Of a DNA stretch of 64,000 bases, positions 42,015-50,709 are shown piece by piece (positions within the stretch are counted from its first letter, which is position 1; the number at the start of each line of letters is the position of its first letter). This stretch comes from an uncultured Armatimonadetes bacterium (GTDB taxonomy: Bacteria; Armatimonadota; UBA5829; DTJY01): contig OY970325.1 of assembly GCA_963717145.1 (NCBI GenBank), positions 160,001 to 224,000 on the forward strand, written 5' to 3'. A program made the translations under genes and the position numbers. The notes beneath the pieces were generated by a model. That model saw only the letters and a program-made list of their open reading frames with translations. It was not told the origin of the DNA and searched no databases.

Positions 42015-43082
42015 ATGAAGAGGCTGTTTGCGGTGCCGGCAATGCTCATGCTACTATGCCTCAGCCTACGCGTCGAGGCGGAGAACCAGTATGCGCTACG
42101 GCAGTTGCCGGTTCCTGCGGGAACTACAGAGAGTGAGGCCAGGGGAATCAATGACGCGGGCGACGCCGCGGGATATGCAAGTAGCCGACCGGACCCCAAC
42201 TGCTTTTCGTACGCCTTGAGATGGCAGCAGAACTCATTCACGATTCTTGGTGACGGAGAGGCATACGATATCAACAACTCGGGAGTTGTTGTGGGTCGCG
42301 GCAACGGGCATGCGATGCAATACACCGATGACAGTGACATCACGATGCACGGCTTCACCGCCAGAGAAGGACACCCTGAGGCGTGCAGCGCTCTCTCGGT
42401 CAGTAATACGGGCTATGTTGCTGGTTGGGCGACCAATCCTAACACCGCTCGTGAATGTTCCATAGGATGGCTTCTCCCGAGCACCTTAGGCAGCAGTCCA
42501 GCTAACAGCTTCGGAAGGGCTTCAGATGTGAATGACTTGGGAGAGTACGTCGGCCAGTCGTACGATGCGTATGGTGGTGGAGCAACCTACTGGAGCGGCA
42601 CCTCCGAAGCTGCTGAGAAGATCTACTACCCAAGTTTCACTGGTGGACGCGGTGGTGAAGCGTATGGCGTGAACAACGCAGGAGTGACAGTAGGGTACAT
42701 AGGCAACCACGCGGTGCTTTGGGCTTCCCCGTTTGCAGCGCCAGTGGACCTCTGTCCGGACATGCCCGCTCAGGGCTATTCGCTAGCCTGGCGGATTAAT
42801 GAACATGGGCGGGTGATTGGCTACACATTCGACGGATTGTATGACCGGGCCTGGTTCTGGGACGCGAGTGGAGGCATGCATATGCTCCCAGACGTGGGGT
42901 TTGGGTGTATGGCCTATGGTATCAACAACCGGAGTGCCGACAGCGATATCGCTGGGGCGGTCTTTGATTCGGCCGGTGTGCCTCATGCTGTGGTCTGGCA
43001 GGTGATTCCTGAGCCATCGAGCCTCCTGGCGCTTGGGAGCGGCTTGCTCGCACTGGGCAGCCTCGTCCGAAGACGGCGGTAG
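42015..43082 (+). CDS. PEP-CTERM protein with HAF-like repeats
   Basis: Signal peptide; repeated A.GINxxG.VVG...HAVLW; IPEPSS-TM-RRRR. Confidence 0.9.
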   Translation: MKRLFAVPAMLMLLCLSLRVEAENQYALRQLPVPAGTTESEARGINDAGDAAGYASSRPDPNCFSYALRWQQNSFTILGDGEAYDINNSGVVVGRGNGHAMQYTDDSDITMHGFTAREGHPEACSALSVSNTGYVAGWATNPNTARECSIGWLLPSTLGSSPANSFGRASDVNDLGEYVGQSYDAYGGGATYWSGTSEAAEKIYYPSFTGGRGGEAYGVNNAGVTVGYIGNHAVLWASPFAAPVDLCPDMPAQGYSLAWRINEHGRVIGYTFDGLYDRAWFWDASGGMHMLPDVGFGCMAYGINNRSADSDIAGAVFDSAGVPHAVVWQVIPEPSSLLALGSGLLALGSLVRRRR

Positions 43083-43113
43083 CTCGTCTGTCGCCCAGGA
43101 CGGTAGCTTCCCA

Positions 43114-43247
43114 ATGTCATGTCCGATGTCATGCGTCGTGTCACGTCAGATGTCATCGAAAAAGCCTTTGGTGGCAAGGGAAAATGCCACAAACGATGCC
43201 GACTCATGTCACGCCAAATGTCACGCCCCGTGTCACGTCCGATGTCA
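43114..43247. repeat. 12-bp-period TGTCAY repeats in two blocks of four
   Basis: TGTCA at 43115, 43127, 43139, 43151 and at 43207, 43219, 43231, 43243. Confidence 0.8.
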
Positions 43248-43262
43248 GGGTCTTGGTCTTGC

Positions 43263-44504
43263 CTACTTGACTAGCACGAGTCGTGCCTCGGCGGGGGCTA
43301 GGGTGACGGAAAGCTCCTTCGACTCCGCTTTGAAGGTGACGGGGCCGAGGGGCTCGCCGGGGCCGAGGCGACCGATCTCTTCCGCGCCCGAGCCCTTCGC
43401 GAGGATGAGGCGGACTGGCGACGGCTCGTTCCAGTCGCGATTGACCAGCATCAGGACCGGCTTGCCCTGCTTGTCCGTGAACCGGCCGATGATGATGCGG
43501 TTGCCGAGCGCCCTTGCGATCAGGTCATCCGGCTCGAACCCCTTGGCCCTGAGCGGGACCTCGGTCAGGTGGGCGACCGACACCGACTTCAGCTCCATCA
43601 TCGCCTGTCCGAGCACCTTCAGCTTCGGGTTGATCTCGCAGGCGGCCTCGTACTGCGGGCCGGGCTTCCCGTTCGGCAGGACGACGCCCATGTAGTGCCA
43701 CTCCTCGGGCTTGTCCGGCTCGCCCGCGGACCAGTATGGGAAGTACCAGATCGATTTCGCCCCGTAGGCCAGCGACGTGTTCACCTGCCAGTACATCTGG
43801 TTGAGCGTCGGCGGGCGATACCGCGTCGCGTCCTGCAGCGCCTGGATGATCACCCACATCGGGATGCCGGCCTTGAGCGAGTCGCGACGGACGATCTCCA
43901 GGTTGGCGAACCAGTTGTCCCTGTTCCTCCCATCTCTCAGGAAGGAGTAGTGGTCGTAGCTCAGCATCAGTGGGTCGATCGTCTTGACGAAATCCGCCAC
44001 ATAACCGTCGTAGTCGGCGAACTCCAACTGCGTCGGCCCTCCGTAGTTCGGAAAGAGGTTGATGTAGGGCAGATGCGCCGGGTCCTTCTCGGCGAGGTAC
44101 TTGTGGACTTCGACGAGCAGGCGGTACACCTCCGGGCTCGGCTCGTCCCTAATGTAGTACCCATAGAGCGCGGGATGGTCCTTGTATGCGGCGATCATCG
44201 CATCGAGCGCGCGCTTGTCATCGTCGGTCTGGCGATCGGGATGGATGCGGGCGTCCTTCACCAGCAGTCGCATGCCATGCTTCCCGGCCAGGTCGAGGGA
44301 TTCCCGGTTCTGGTCGGCATCGCCGGCGGGCGCGATCAGCACCGTGAACCCGGCGGCGGCCATCCGCGCGTAGGTCGAGTTGGTGTTGTAGGCGGGAGGC
44401 TGGGTACGCCACGCGCCGATCTCGAACGCATCCTGAGTCCATCCGGCGACGGTCGGGGCCGCGCACGCCAGTACGAGTATCGCAAGTATCAGTAACATCC
44501 GCAT
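43263..44504 (-). CDS. Secreted glycoside-hydrolase-like TIM-barrel protein
   Basis: Signal peptide; GYYIRDEP, YINLFPNY, LSYDHY; paralog of 5973-7196. Confidence 0.72.
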   Translation of the reverse strand: MRMLLILAILVLACAAPTVAGWTQDAFEIGAWRTQPPAYNTNSTYARMAAAGFTVLIAPAGDADQNRESLDLAGKHGMRLLVKDARIHPDRQTDDDKRALDAMIAAYKDHPALYGYYIRDEPSPEVYRLLVEVHKYLAEKDPAHLPYINLFPNYGGPTQLEFADYDGYVADFVKTIDPLMLSYDHYSFLRDGRNRDNWFANLEIVRRDSLKAGIPMWVIIQALQDATRYRPPTLNQMYWQVNTSLAYGAKSIWYFPYWSAGEPDKPEEWHYMGVVLPNGKPGPQYEAACEINPKLKVLGQAMMELKSVSVAHLTEVPLRAKGFEPDDLIARALGNRIIIGRFTDKQGKPVLMLVNRDWNEPSPVRLILAKGSGAEEIGRLGPGEPLGPVTFKAESKELSVTLAPAEARLVLVK

Positions 44505-44547
44505 GTTCACTCCTCTTGGGTATGATAGTGCTCCATTATACCATGCG

Positions 44548-44576
44548 TTGACAAGGACCGCCGTCTGGCCTAGAAT
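44548..44576 (+). promoter_or_regulatory. sigma70 promoter, probably giving a near-leaderless mRNA
   Basis: TTGACA-N17-TAGAAT; ATG 9 nt downstream. Confidence 0.7.
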
Positions 44577-44585
44577 ACGAGCATC

Positions 44586-45413
44586 ATGAGCACAAAGCCT
44601 TTCCCGCTCGGCATCTTCACCTATATCGGCTATGACCTCCCGATCGCTGAACGAATACGGCTCATCAAGGAAGCCGGCTTCGATGCGACCTCCCTCTGGT
44701 GGGGCGACGAGGAGGACGATTACCGACAGAGGATCCACCGCCTGACGCCTGCCATGGTCCGCGACCAGGGGCTGATCCTGGAGTTCGTCCACGTAGCATT
44801 CAAGGAGTGCGATAGCTTCTGGAGCGAGAACTCCTCTGACCGGGAGCGGGCGGTTGCCCAGCATCTCGCCTGGGTGCAGGACTGCGCCGACCTCGGCATC
44901 CCCAATATGGTGATGCATGCGATGAGGGGCTCATACAGCGGTGAGGTCAACCGGTTCGGCGAGGAGAGCATCGCCCGCATCGCGAGCGCCGCCGAGGATG
45001 CAGGCATCACCATCGCCCTCGAGAACACCCGCCGCATGGATTGCTTCGAGGCCATCATGTCTGAGGTCGACTCGCCGAACCTGGGATTCTGCTATGACTC
45101 ATCGCACGAGCGCATCTGCACCGAGGACACCGGTATGCTCCTCCGGCGATATGGTGACAGGCTGAAGGTGACCCACTTGTCCGACAACGATGGCCTCACG
45201 GACAAACATTGGCTGCCGGGCGAGGGGCTCATCGACTGGGGGGCGCTGATCGATGCATTCCCCGCCGATACCTACTCCGGATGCTTCAGCCTGGAGGTAG
45301 TCCACGGGATGTCGGCGGATGACGCCCCCATCCCGGCGGAGTTTCTGGCCGAAGCGTTTAGACGGGCGAACTCGATGGTGGCGATGATCAGTACACAGGA
45401 GGCAGTATTGTGA
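44586..45413 (+). CDS. Sugar phosphate isomerase/epimerase (AP endonuclease 2 TIM barrel)
   Basis: IALEN, CYDSSH, HLSDNDG..DKHWLPGEG.IDW, SLE. Confidence 0.9.
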   Translation: MSTKPFPLGIFTYIGYDLPIAERIRLIKEAGFDATSLWWGDEEDDYRQRIHRLTPAMVRDQGLILEFVHVAFKECDSFWSENSSDRERAVAQHLAWVQDCADLGIPNMVMHAMRGSYSGEVNRFGEESIARIASAAEDAGITIALENTRRMDCFEAIMSEVDSPNLGFCYDSSHERICTEDTGMLLRRYGDRLKVTHLSDNDGLTDKHWLPGEGLIDWGALIDAFPADTYSGCFSLEVVHGMSADDAPIPAEFLAEAFRRANSMVAMISTQEAVL

Positions 45414-46222
45414 AGGTTTACGTCATGACCGATTTGGAGGGAGTCGCGGGAGTGATCGACTCCGAGAACTGGTGTCAGTGGGACTCCCGATACTATGAGA
45501 CCGCGAAGGAACTGCTGACCCTGGAGGTCAACGCCGCCGTCCGAGGCTTCTTCCAGGGCGGTGCGACCGAGATCGTGGTCGCCGATGGGCACGGCCCCGG
45601 CGCGATCAACGCCTCACTGCTCGACGCTCGGGTGATGCTGATGCGCGGCTGGCCGGTAGGTTTCCCCCTGGAGTTGAATGCCTCATACGACGCAATCGCC
45701 TGGATCGGCCAGCACGCCAAGGCCGGGACCGAGCACGCCCATCTGGCGCACACTCAGAACTTCGGCATGCTCGATCAGTCGATCAACGGTATCTCGATCG
45801 GTGAGTTCGGAGAGATGGCGTTCTGTGCGATGGAACTCGGGGTGAAGCCGATCTTCGGCTCGGGTGACATGGCGTTCACTGAGGAGGCCGAGGCCCTCCT
45901 CCCCGGCATCGAGACGGTCGCGGTGAAGTACGGCACTACCCCCGGCAAGGGCGACGAGTGCACCGCTGAGGAGTACCGGACCCGCAACAAGGCGGCGGTT
46001 CACTTCTCGCCCGAGCGGTCGAGGCAGATGATCTACGAGGGTGCCCTCCGTGCGATCACGGAGAAGAAAGAGATCGGCTTCCCGAAGCTCCAGCCGCCCT
46101 ACAAGGCAGTCGTCAAGCGCCGCGCATCTGCGGACAAGCCGGCGAGCACCGGAGAGTTCAGCGATCCGTCGAGCATCAGCACGCTGATCAACGTCTCGCT
46201 CGGGATCAAGCCGAAGTCGTGA
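45410..46222 (+). CDS. M55 family metallopeptidase (DppA-like D-aminopeptidase)
   Basis: KVYVMTDLEGVAG, VADGHG, IGQHAKAG...AHT, IGE, GSGD. Confidence 0.9.
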   Translation: MKVYVMTDLEGVAGVIDSENWCQWDSRYYETAKELLTLEVNAAVRGFFQGGATEIVVADGHGPGAINASLLDARVMLMRGWPVGFPLELNASYDAIAWIGQHAKAGTEHAHLAHTQNFGMLDQSINGISIGEFGEMAFCAMELGVKPIFGSGDMAFTEEAEALLPGIETVAVKYGTTPGKGDECTAEEYRTRNKAAVHFSPERSRQMIYEGALRAITEKKEIGFPKLQPPYKAVVKRRASADKPASTGEFSDPSSISTLINVSLGIKPKS

Positions 46223-46223
46223 A

Positions 46224-46304
46224 GGAATGGTTAATGGCCGATGGCGGATGGTTAATGGGGACGGTCCGCCATTAACCATCAACCATGAACCATTTCCCAT
46301 TCCC
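46224..46304. repeat. Heptamer-periodic inverted repeat between convergent genes
   Basis: AATGGTT AATGGCC GATGGCG GATGGTT AATGG ... CCATT AACCATC AACCATG AACCATT. Confidence 0.75.
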
Positions 46305-48974
46305 TTATCTGGACAACTCCTTCACGATCTTCTGCTTGACCGAGCCGGCGCTGCAGAAGTCGGCCAGCCAGTTGTAGCCCTGGTATGACTGGAACGCGGC
46401 GTCGAAGGCGGAGAAGACCTTGCTGACCGAGTCGCCACTGCCGGTGAACTCATCTTGAAGCTTTTCGAGGCTCGCGGTGTCGAGTTCAGCGATCTTTGCG
46501 AGCGTTTCAGGGTCCGCCACGAGCTTCTTCAGCTTGAGATAGACGAACGGGCCCTTGATGACAGTGTCTACGAGCAACTTGGCGTCGAGCCGGTAAAGCT
46601 CGCGGTCTAGGTTGGCGATGTTCAGCGCGTTGTGTTCCTGCTCGTAGGCGGTGAAGATATCCTTGGCCGGAGGTACCACCTCCGATGGTGTCGCGGATCC
46701 CAACTCGCCGCGCAGAGCCTTTCCGCCGGCCTGCGACAGGATCTTCTGGGATGACTTGTGGACCACTCCGCTGAATGCCGACTTCATTCCCTCGCCGAGC
46801 TTGTTGATGCCCGCGGCGGTCGCGTAGGCGGCTCCGGACTTCTGCAGAGCCTCTAGATCAGCGGTGTCATAGTTGAGTGTCTTGGCGACGTCTATGCCCT
46901 TCTGGAACTGCTTGTAGAACAGGTCGACGAACTCGCGGAGCATGCTATCCTCGAACTTCTTCCACGTCTTCGGCTCGAATCGGTCCTTGAGCTTGCCCTT
47001 GGCCGCTGATTCGAGCTTATCCGAGACTCCGGCGAAATCACTGACCGTCGTGATGACGTTCTTGGCGCTGTCGAGGAACCAATCGGCCGACTCCATCTGG
47101 CGGTCGTCAAGCAGTTTCACATATCGGCAGAGCCACACGAGCTTGGCCGTGCTGTAGGCCAGGTATTCGGTCGAGCACATAGGATCCTTGCATCCCATGA
47201 CGCTCCCGGCCAGGTTCTTCGGCAGGTCCGCGCCGAACTCCTTGAGGGAACTTATGTCGTACTTCGCCTTCTCGAGGACATCGAGGTCCTCCTTCCAGGC
47301 CGAGATCAGGTGCGCGAGGTCCGGGTCGAGCGCCATCTTGAGCGGCTCGTTCATTTCCATGCTCTGGCCGGTGCTCGACATCCGATCACCGACGAACTCG
47401 AACTCGAACTTGCCATCGGTGTCACTCGTGCCTATGCCCAGGGGATTCCCCTTGGTATCCGCGAGCGTCAGATTGGCGTTGGCCACCGGGAAAGAGTCAT
47501 GGACGACTGTGCCGGCCAGTGAGCCATTCCTGTTCGGCGCGGGGATGGCGAACTTCTCCACGGGCGCGAATCCGGTCTTCTCGACGGTGAGGTAGTAGAC
47601 GTCGCCGGCATACAGGGGGATGCGGTAATCGGCCCGAACCTCCCTCGCGGGATTTCCCAGGGATGCCACCGCCGCGACGTAGACGTTTCCGCGCTTGAAG
47701 TCGGTCTTGGCGGAGAGCACATCGGGCGCGGTGTAGGTAAACTCGGCTGCTCCCTCGGAATCGATGACCACAGACGGTGCGCTCAGTGCGCCTTTCGCGG
47801 GCAGTTCCTTCTCATTGACGAACAGCTTGACCTTGGCTCCCGCAAGCGGCTTGAAGTTCGTGTCGCCGCAGATGACCTTCAGGCCGAGCTTCGACTTCCC
47901 ATCCGCGAAGAGCGCGGGCTGGCTCTCGTCCGTCGGGACGATGAGCAGTCCTCCCAGCCGAATGGAGAGCGACGCCTTCTGATCGCCGGATCCGACGACG
48001 GTGATCACATCTTCGCCGGGCGTGGTCGGCGCGGTGTAGGTGGCGACCGCAGTGCCGGTGTCATCCGTGATGAACTTGACGTGGGAGCACTTGCCCACTT
48101 TCACATCGATGTCGAACGATCCCTTGATCGGCTTGCCGTTCGCATCGCATGCTACCAGCTTGAGCTTGGCCGTGCTCTTTCCGTCGGCCCACAGTCCGAC
48201 CGACGAAGCTGTGAGGGTCAGCCCGGGTGTGCCTTTGGGCTGCTGGACCGGCGGTTTCGGCGCGGGTTTCTGGGGAGCCGGAGCGGCGGACTTCCCTCCG
48301 GCGCTGGCGACTATCCCCTGGACGAGACTCAGCATTACTTCTGCTCGCTCGCTAAGAAGCCGGTCCTTTGTCGCCGTGAGCTGATCCTTCTCCTGAACCG
48401 GCCAATATGGAATGGCCCACTGCACACCGCCGTCATAGTAAAGGTAGTCGCCGTCATCGAAGCACAACTGGATGGACGCCTTTATGCGGATCGGGCCTTT
48501 GAGCACATAGCACTCGTCATCATTGGTGATCGCTCCGTCGCCTATAGCCACACGCCTGCCGTTCTTCAGGCTCGAGTTGTTCTGCAGCCATACCGCACCG
48601 CTCCAGGAACTCTCCCAGTCAAAGCCGACATCCACCTTGATCTGATACCAGAACCAGTAGTCGTGTACACTGCATTCGTTGCCATCGGGTTTGCCGTTGC
48701 TATTGGCATCACCGTGCCAATACTGGAACTTCCCCTTGTCCAAAAGTTTGCACCAGTAGTTCATGCGCGGAGATTGGCGGTTCGACCTCTGATGGGTGAG
48801 GCCGAGCATCGTCTGCCCGTCGGTCTTCCTGTTGTCGACGCTCCAATCGTTCTTGGCGCGCCATTCCATCAGGGCTTTCGCCTCTGCGTCGGTGACAGCG
48901 AAGGCGGCGAGCGGAACTATTACGAAGAGCACCGTCAGCACGGCGGTGAGATACCTGCGGCCCAGAGCAATCAT
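46305..48974 (-). CDS. Large secreted protein with two Ig-like (Big_1/invasin-like) domains and a helical C-terminus
   Basis: GGAGG RBS; MIALGRRYL signal peptide; L.ADGKS twice; TD..G.A...YTAP twice. Confidence 0.78.
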   Translation of the reverse strand: MIALGRRYLTAVLTVLFVIVPLAAFAVTDAEAKALMEWRAKNDWSVDNRKTDGQTMLGLTHQRSNRQSPRMNYWCKLLDKGKFQYWHGDANSNGKPDGNECSVHDYWFWYQIKVDVGFDWESSWSGAVWLQNNSSLKNGRRVAIGDGAITNDDECYVLKGPIRIKASIQLCFDDGDYLYYDGGVQWAIPYWPVQEKDQLTATKDRLLSERAEVMLSLVQGIVASAGGKSAAPAPQKPAPKPPVQQPKGTPGLTLTASSVGLWADGKSTAKLKLVACDANGKPIKGSFDIDVKVGKCSHVKFITDDTGTAVATYTAPTTPGEDVITVVGSGDQKASLSIRLGGLLIVPTDESQPALFADGKSKLGLKVICGDTNFKPLAGAKVKLFVNEKELPAKGALSAPSVVIDSEGAAEFTYTAPDVLSAKTDFKRGNVYVAAVASLGNPAREVRADYRIPLYAGDVYYLTVEKTGFAPVEKFAIPAPNRNGSLAGTVVHDSFPVANANLTLADTKGNPLGIGTSDTDGKFEFEFVGDRMSSTGQSMEMNEPLKMALDPDLAHLISAWKEDLDVLEKAKYDISSLKEFGADLPKNLAGSVMGCKDPMCSTEYLAYSTAKLVWLCRYVKLLDDRQMESADWFLDSAKNVITTVSDFAGVSDKLESAAKGKLKDRFEPKTWKKFEDSMLREFVDLFYKQFQKGIDVAKTLNYDTADLEALQKSGAAYATAAGINKLGEGMKSAFSGVVHKSSQKILSQAGGKALRGELGSATPSEVVPPAKDIFTAYEQEHNALNIANLDRELYRLDAKLLVDTVIKGPFVYLKLKKLVADPETLAKIAELDTASLEKLQDEFTGSGDSVSKVFSAFDAAFQSYQGYNWLADFCSAGSVKQKIVKELSR

Positions 48975-49070
48975 CTTGTCCTCCTGCAAGAACTGGGAGA
49001 CTGCACTCCCATCAACTTTTTCCACAGAATGTGGCTCTTTGTGATAGGAGAGGTGTAGAATAGGGTCACC

Positions 49071-50648
49071 ATGTACGAACTTCGCTCCACAATCACGAGC
49101 GCGCAGAGCGGCGACCTGGAGGCATACGGGCAACTCGTCCAGCGCTTTCAGGACATGGCCTGCGGTTACGCCTACTCGATCCTCGGCGACTTCGATCAGG
49201 CCCAGGACGCGGCTCAGGATGCGTTCATCCAGGCGTACCGGGAACTCGGGAGCCTTCGGGAGCCGAATGCCTTCGCAAGCTGGTTCCGGCGCATCGTCTT
49301 CACGCAGTGCGCCCGGCTCACGAGAGGCAAACAGCTTCCGATCGTGCCGCTGGAGTCGATCCTCGACGTCCAATCCGCCGAGCCGGGCCCCGACAGGATC
49401 GTCGAGCAGAGCGAACTCAAGGACAAGGTGCTCGCCGCAGTGCGATCGCTCCCCGAGCACGAGCGCGTGGTCACGACTCTCTTCTACATCAATGGCTACT
49501 CCCACGATGACATCGCCGGATTCCTGGATGTGCCCGTCTCGACCGTCAAGAGCCGGCTGCACACGTCCAGGACGCGGCTGAAAGAGAGGATGCTGGAGAT
49601 GGTTGGAGATTATCTGCACGAGAACGCACCGGACGAGGAGTTCACGAGCCGGGTACTGGAGAACATCCCGAAGCTGGGGTGGGGGATGAGGAAGGAGTGC
49701 ACCTACTGCGGCGCACTGGAAGCCGCCCTCAGCCTGACCGATCACCCCTTCGATTACGCGACGATCATGGGGCTCAACGGGATAGCATTCCGCACGAGGT
49801 GGTATCAGGGCCCGGCGGACTATATGCGCTGGTGCCCGTCCAGTTGTGTCGGCGAGTTCCCTGAGGAGGACGAATGGTTTCTCCAGTCGTCGGGCTGGCG
49901 GTTCCGGACGGAGGCCCATCTGAAGGAGAAAGAGCCGAAGATGGGTCGGTTCGCGCCGGATGTCGTGAAATCCATCAACGCCGGCTGGCCGGTTCTGGTG
50001 TACGACAAGACATGGAACATAGCGGTGATCAAGGGCTATGAGGATGGCGGCCGGACCGTACTCCTGCAGACCTACCGCAATCCCGAGACCGAGAAGCATG
50101 CCCTGGACGACCTGCCCGGGTTCCTGGTGGTATTCAAGGGCTATGACAAGCCGCTTCCGCCCAGGGAGATGCTCATGCACAGCCTGCGGATCGCCGTGCG
50201 TAACTGGGACCGGCCAGAAGGACTGCCGGATTTCAACCGTGGGGATTATGTCTATGGCTTCCGGGCGCTCAAGCAGTGGGCGGAGGATCTCGGCCACTAC
50301 GATGAATGGACCGAGAAAGAGCGCGAATCGCTCTTCTTCGTGAGCTGGTGGTGCTTCTGCAGCCTGGTAGATGGACGGATGGCGGCAGTGGAGTATCTTC
50401 GCGGTCACCTCGATGACGTGTCCGGCGACGAGCAGGAGTCACTCGCCCGTGCGATCAACCGGTACGAGGAGGAGATCAACCTGCTGACTCCACCCTCATT
50501 CGAGCGCAGGGAGGCCTTCTTCGGGCCTTGGAGTGGCAAGTCGATCGCCGACTGGACGCCCGAGGTTCGTGCCCGCGAGCAAGAACTCCTGCGCAAGGCC
50601 ATGACGATCGAGGAAGCGGCAATCGCGAGCCTCAGGACCGTCATCTAA
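49071..50648 (+). CDS. ECF sigma factor with a ~340-aa C-terminal extension
   Basis: Region 2 AQDAAQDAFIQAY...FASWFRRI; region 4 YSHDDIAGFLDVPVSTVKSRLH. Confidence 0.92.
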   Translation: MYELRSTITSAQSGDLEAYGQLVQRFQDMACGYAYSILGDFDQAQDAAQDAFIQAYRELGSLREPNAFASWFRRIVFTQCARLTRGKQLPIVPLESILDVQSAEPGPDRIVEQSELKDKVLAAVRSLPEHERVVTTLFYINGYSHDDIAGFLDVPVSTVKSRLHTSRTRLKERMLEMVGDYLHENAPDEEFTSRVLENIPKLGWGMRKECTYCGALEAALSLTDHPFDYATIMGLNGIAFRTRWYQGPADYMRWCPSSCVGEFPEEDEWFLQSSGWRFRTEAHLKEKEPKMGRFAPDVVKSINAGWPVLVYDKTWNIAVIKGYEDGGRTVLLQTYRNPETEKHALDDLPGFLVVFKGYDKPLPPREMLMHSLRIAVRNWDRPEGLPDFNRGDYVYGFRALKQWAEDLGHYDEWTEKERESLFFVSWWCFCSLVDGRMAAVEYLRGHLDDVSGDEQESLARAINRYEEEINLLTPPSFERREAFFGPWSGKSIADWTPEVRAREQELLRKAMTIEEAAIASLRTVI

Positions 50649-50709
50649 TCCTTTCTCCGCGAAGTTGGCTCTATGGTAATGAGAGTCGATGAAGTAGTGG
50701 AGGTTCAGC

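Noticed and set aside
49585-49605. Internal start producing the ECF extensions separately (ERMLEMV / EGMMEMV)
   Set aside because: SD spacing is poor and the purine-rich codons explain the pattern.
48975-50408. 5' extension of the 1367-aa minus-strand ORF
   Set aside because: It is the antisense shadow of the ECF sigma gene; the real start, with RBS and signal peptide, is at 48974.
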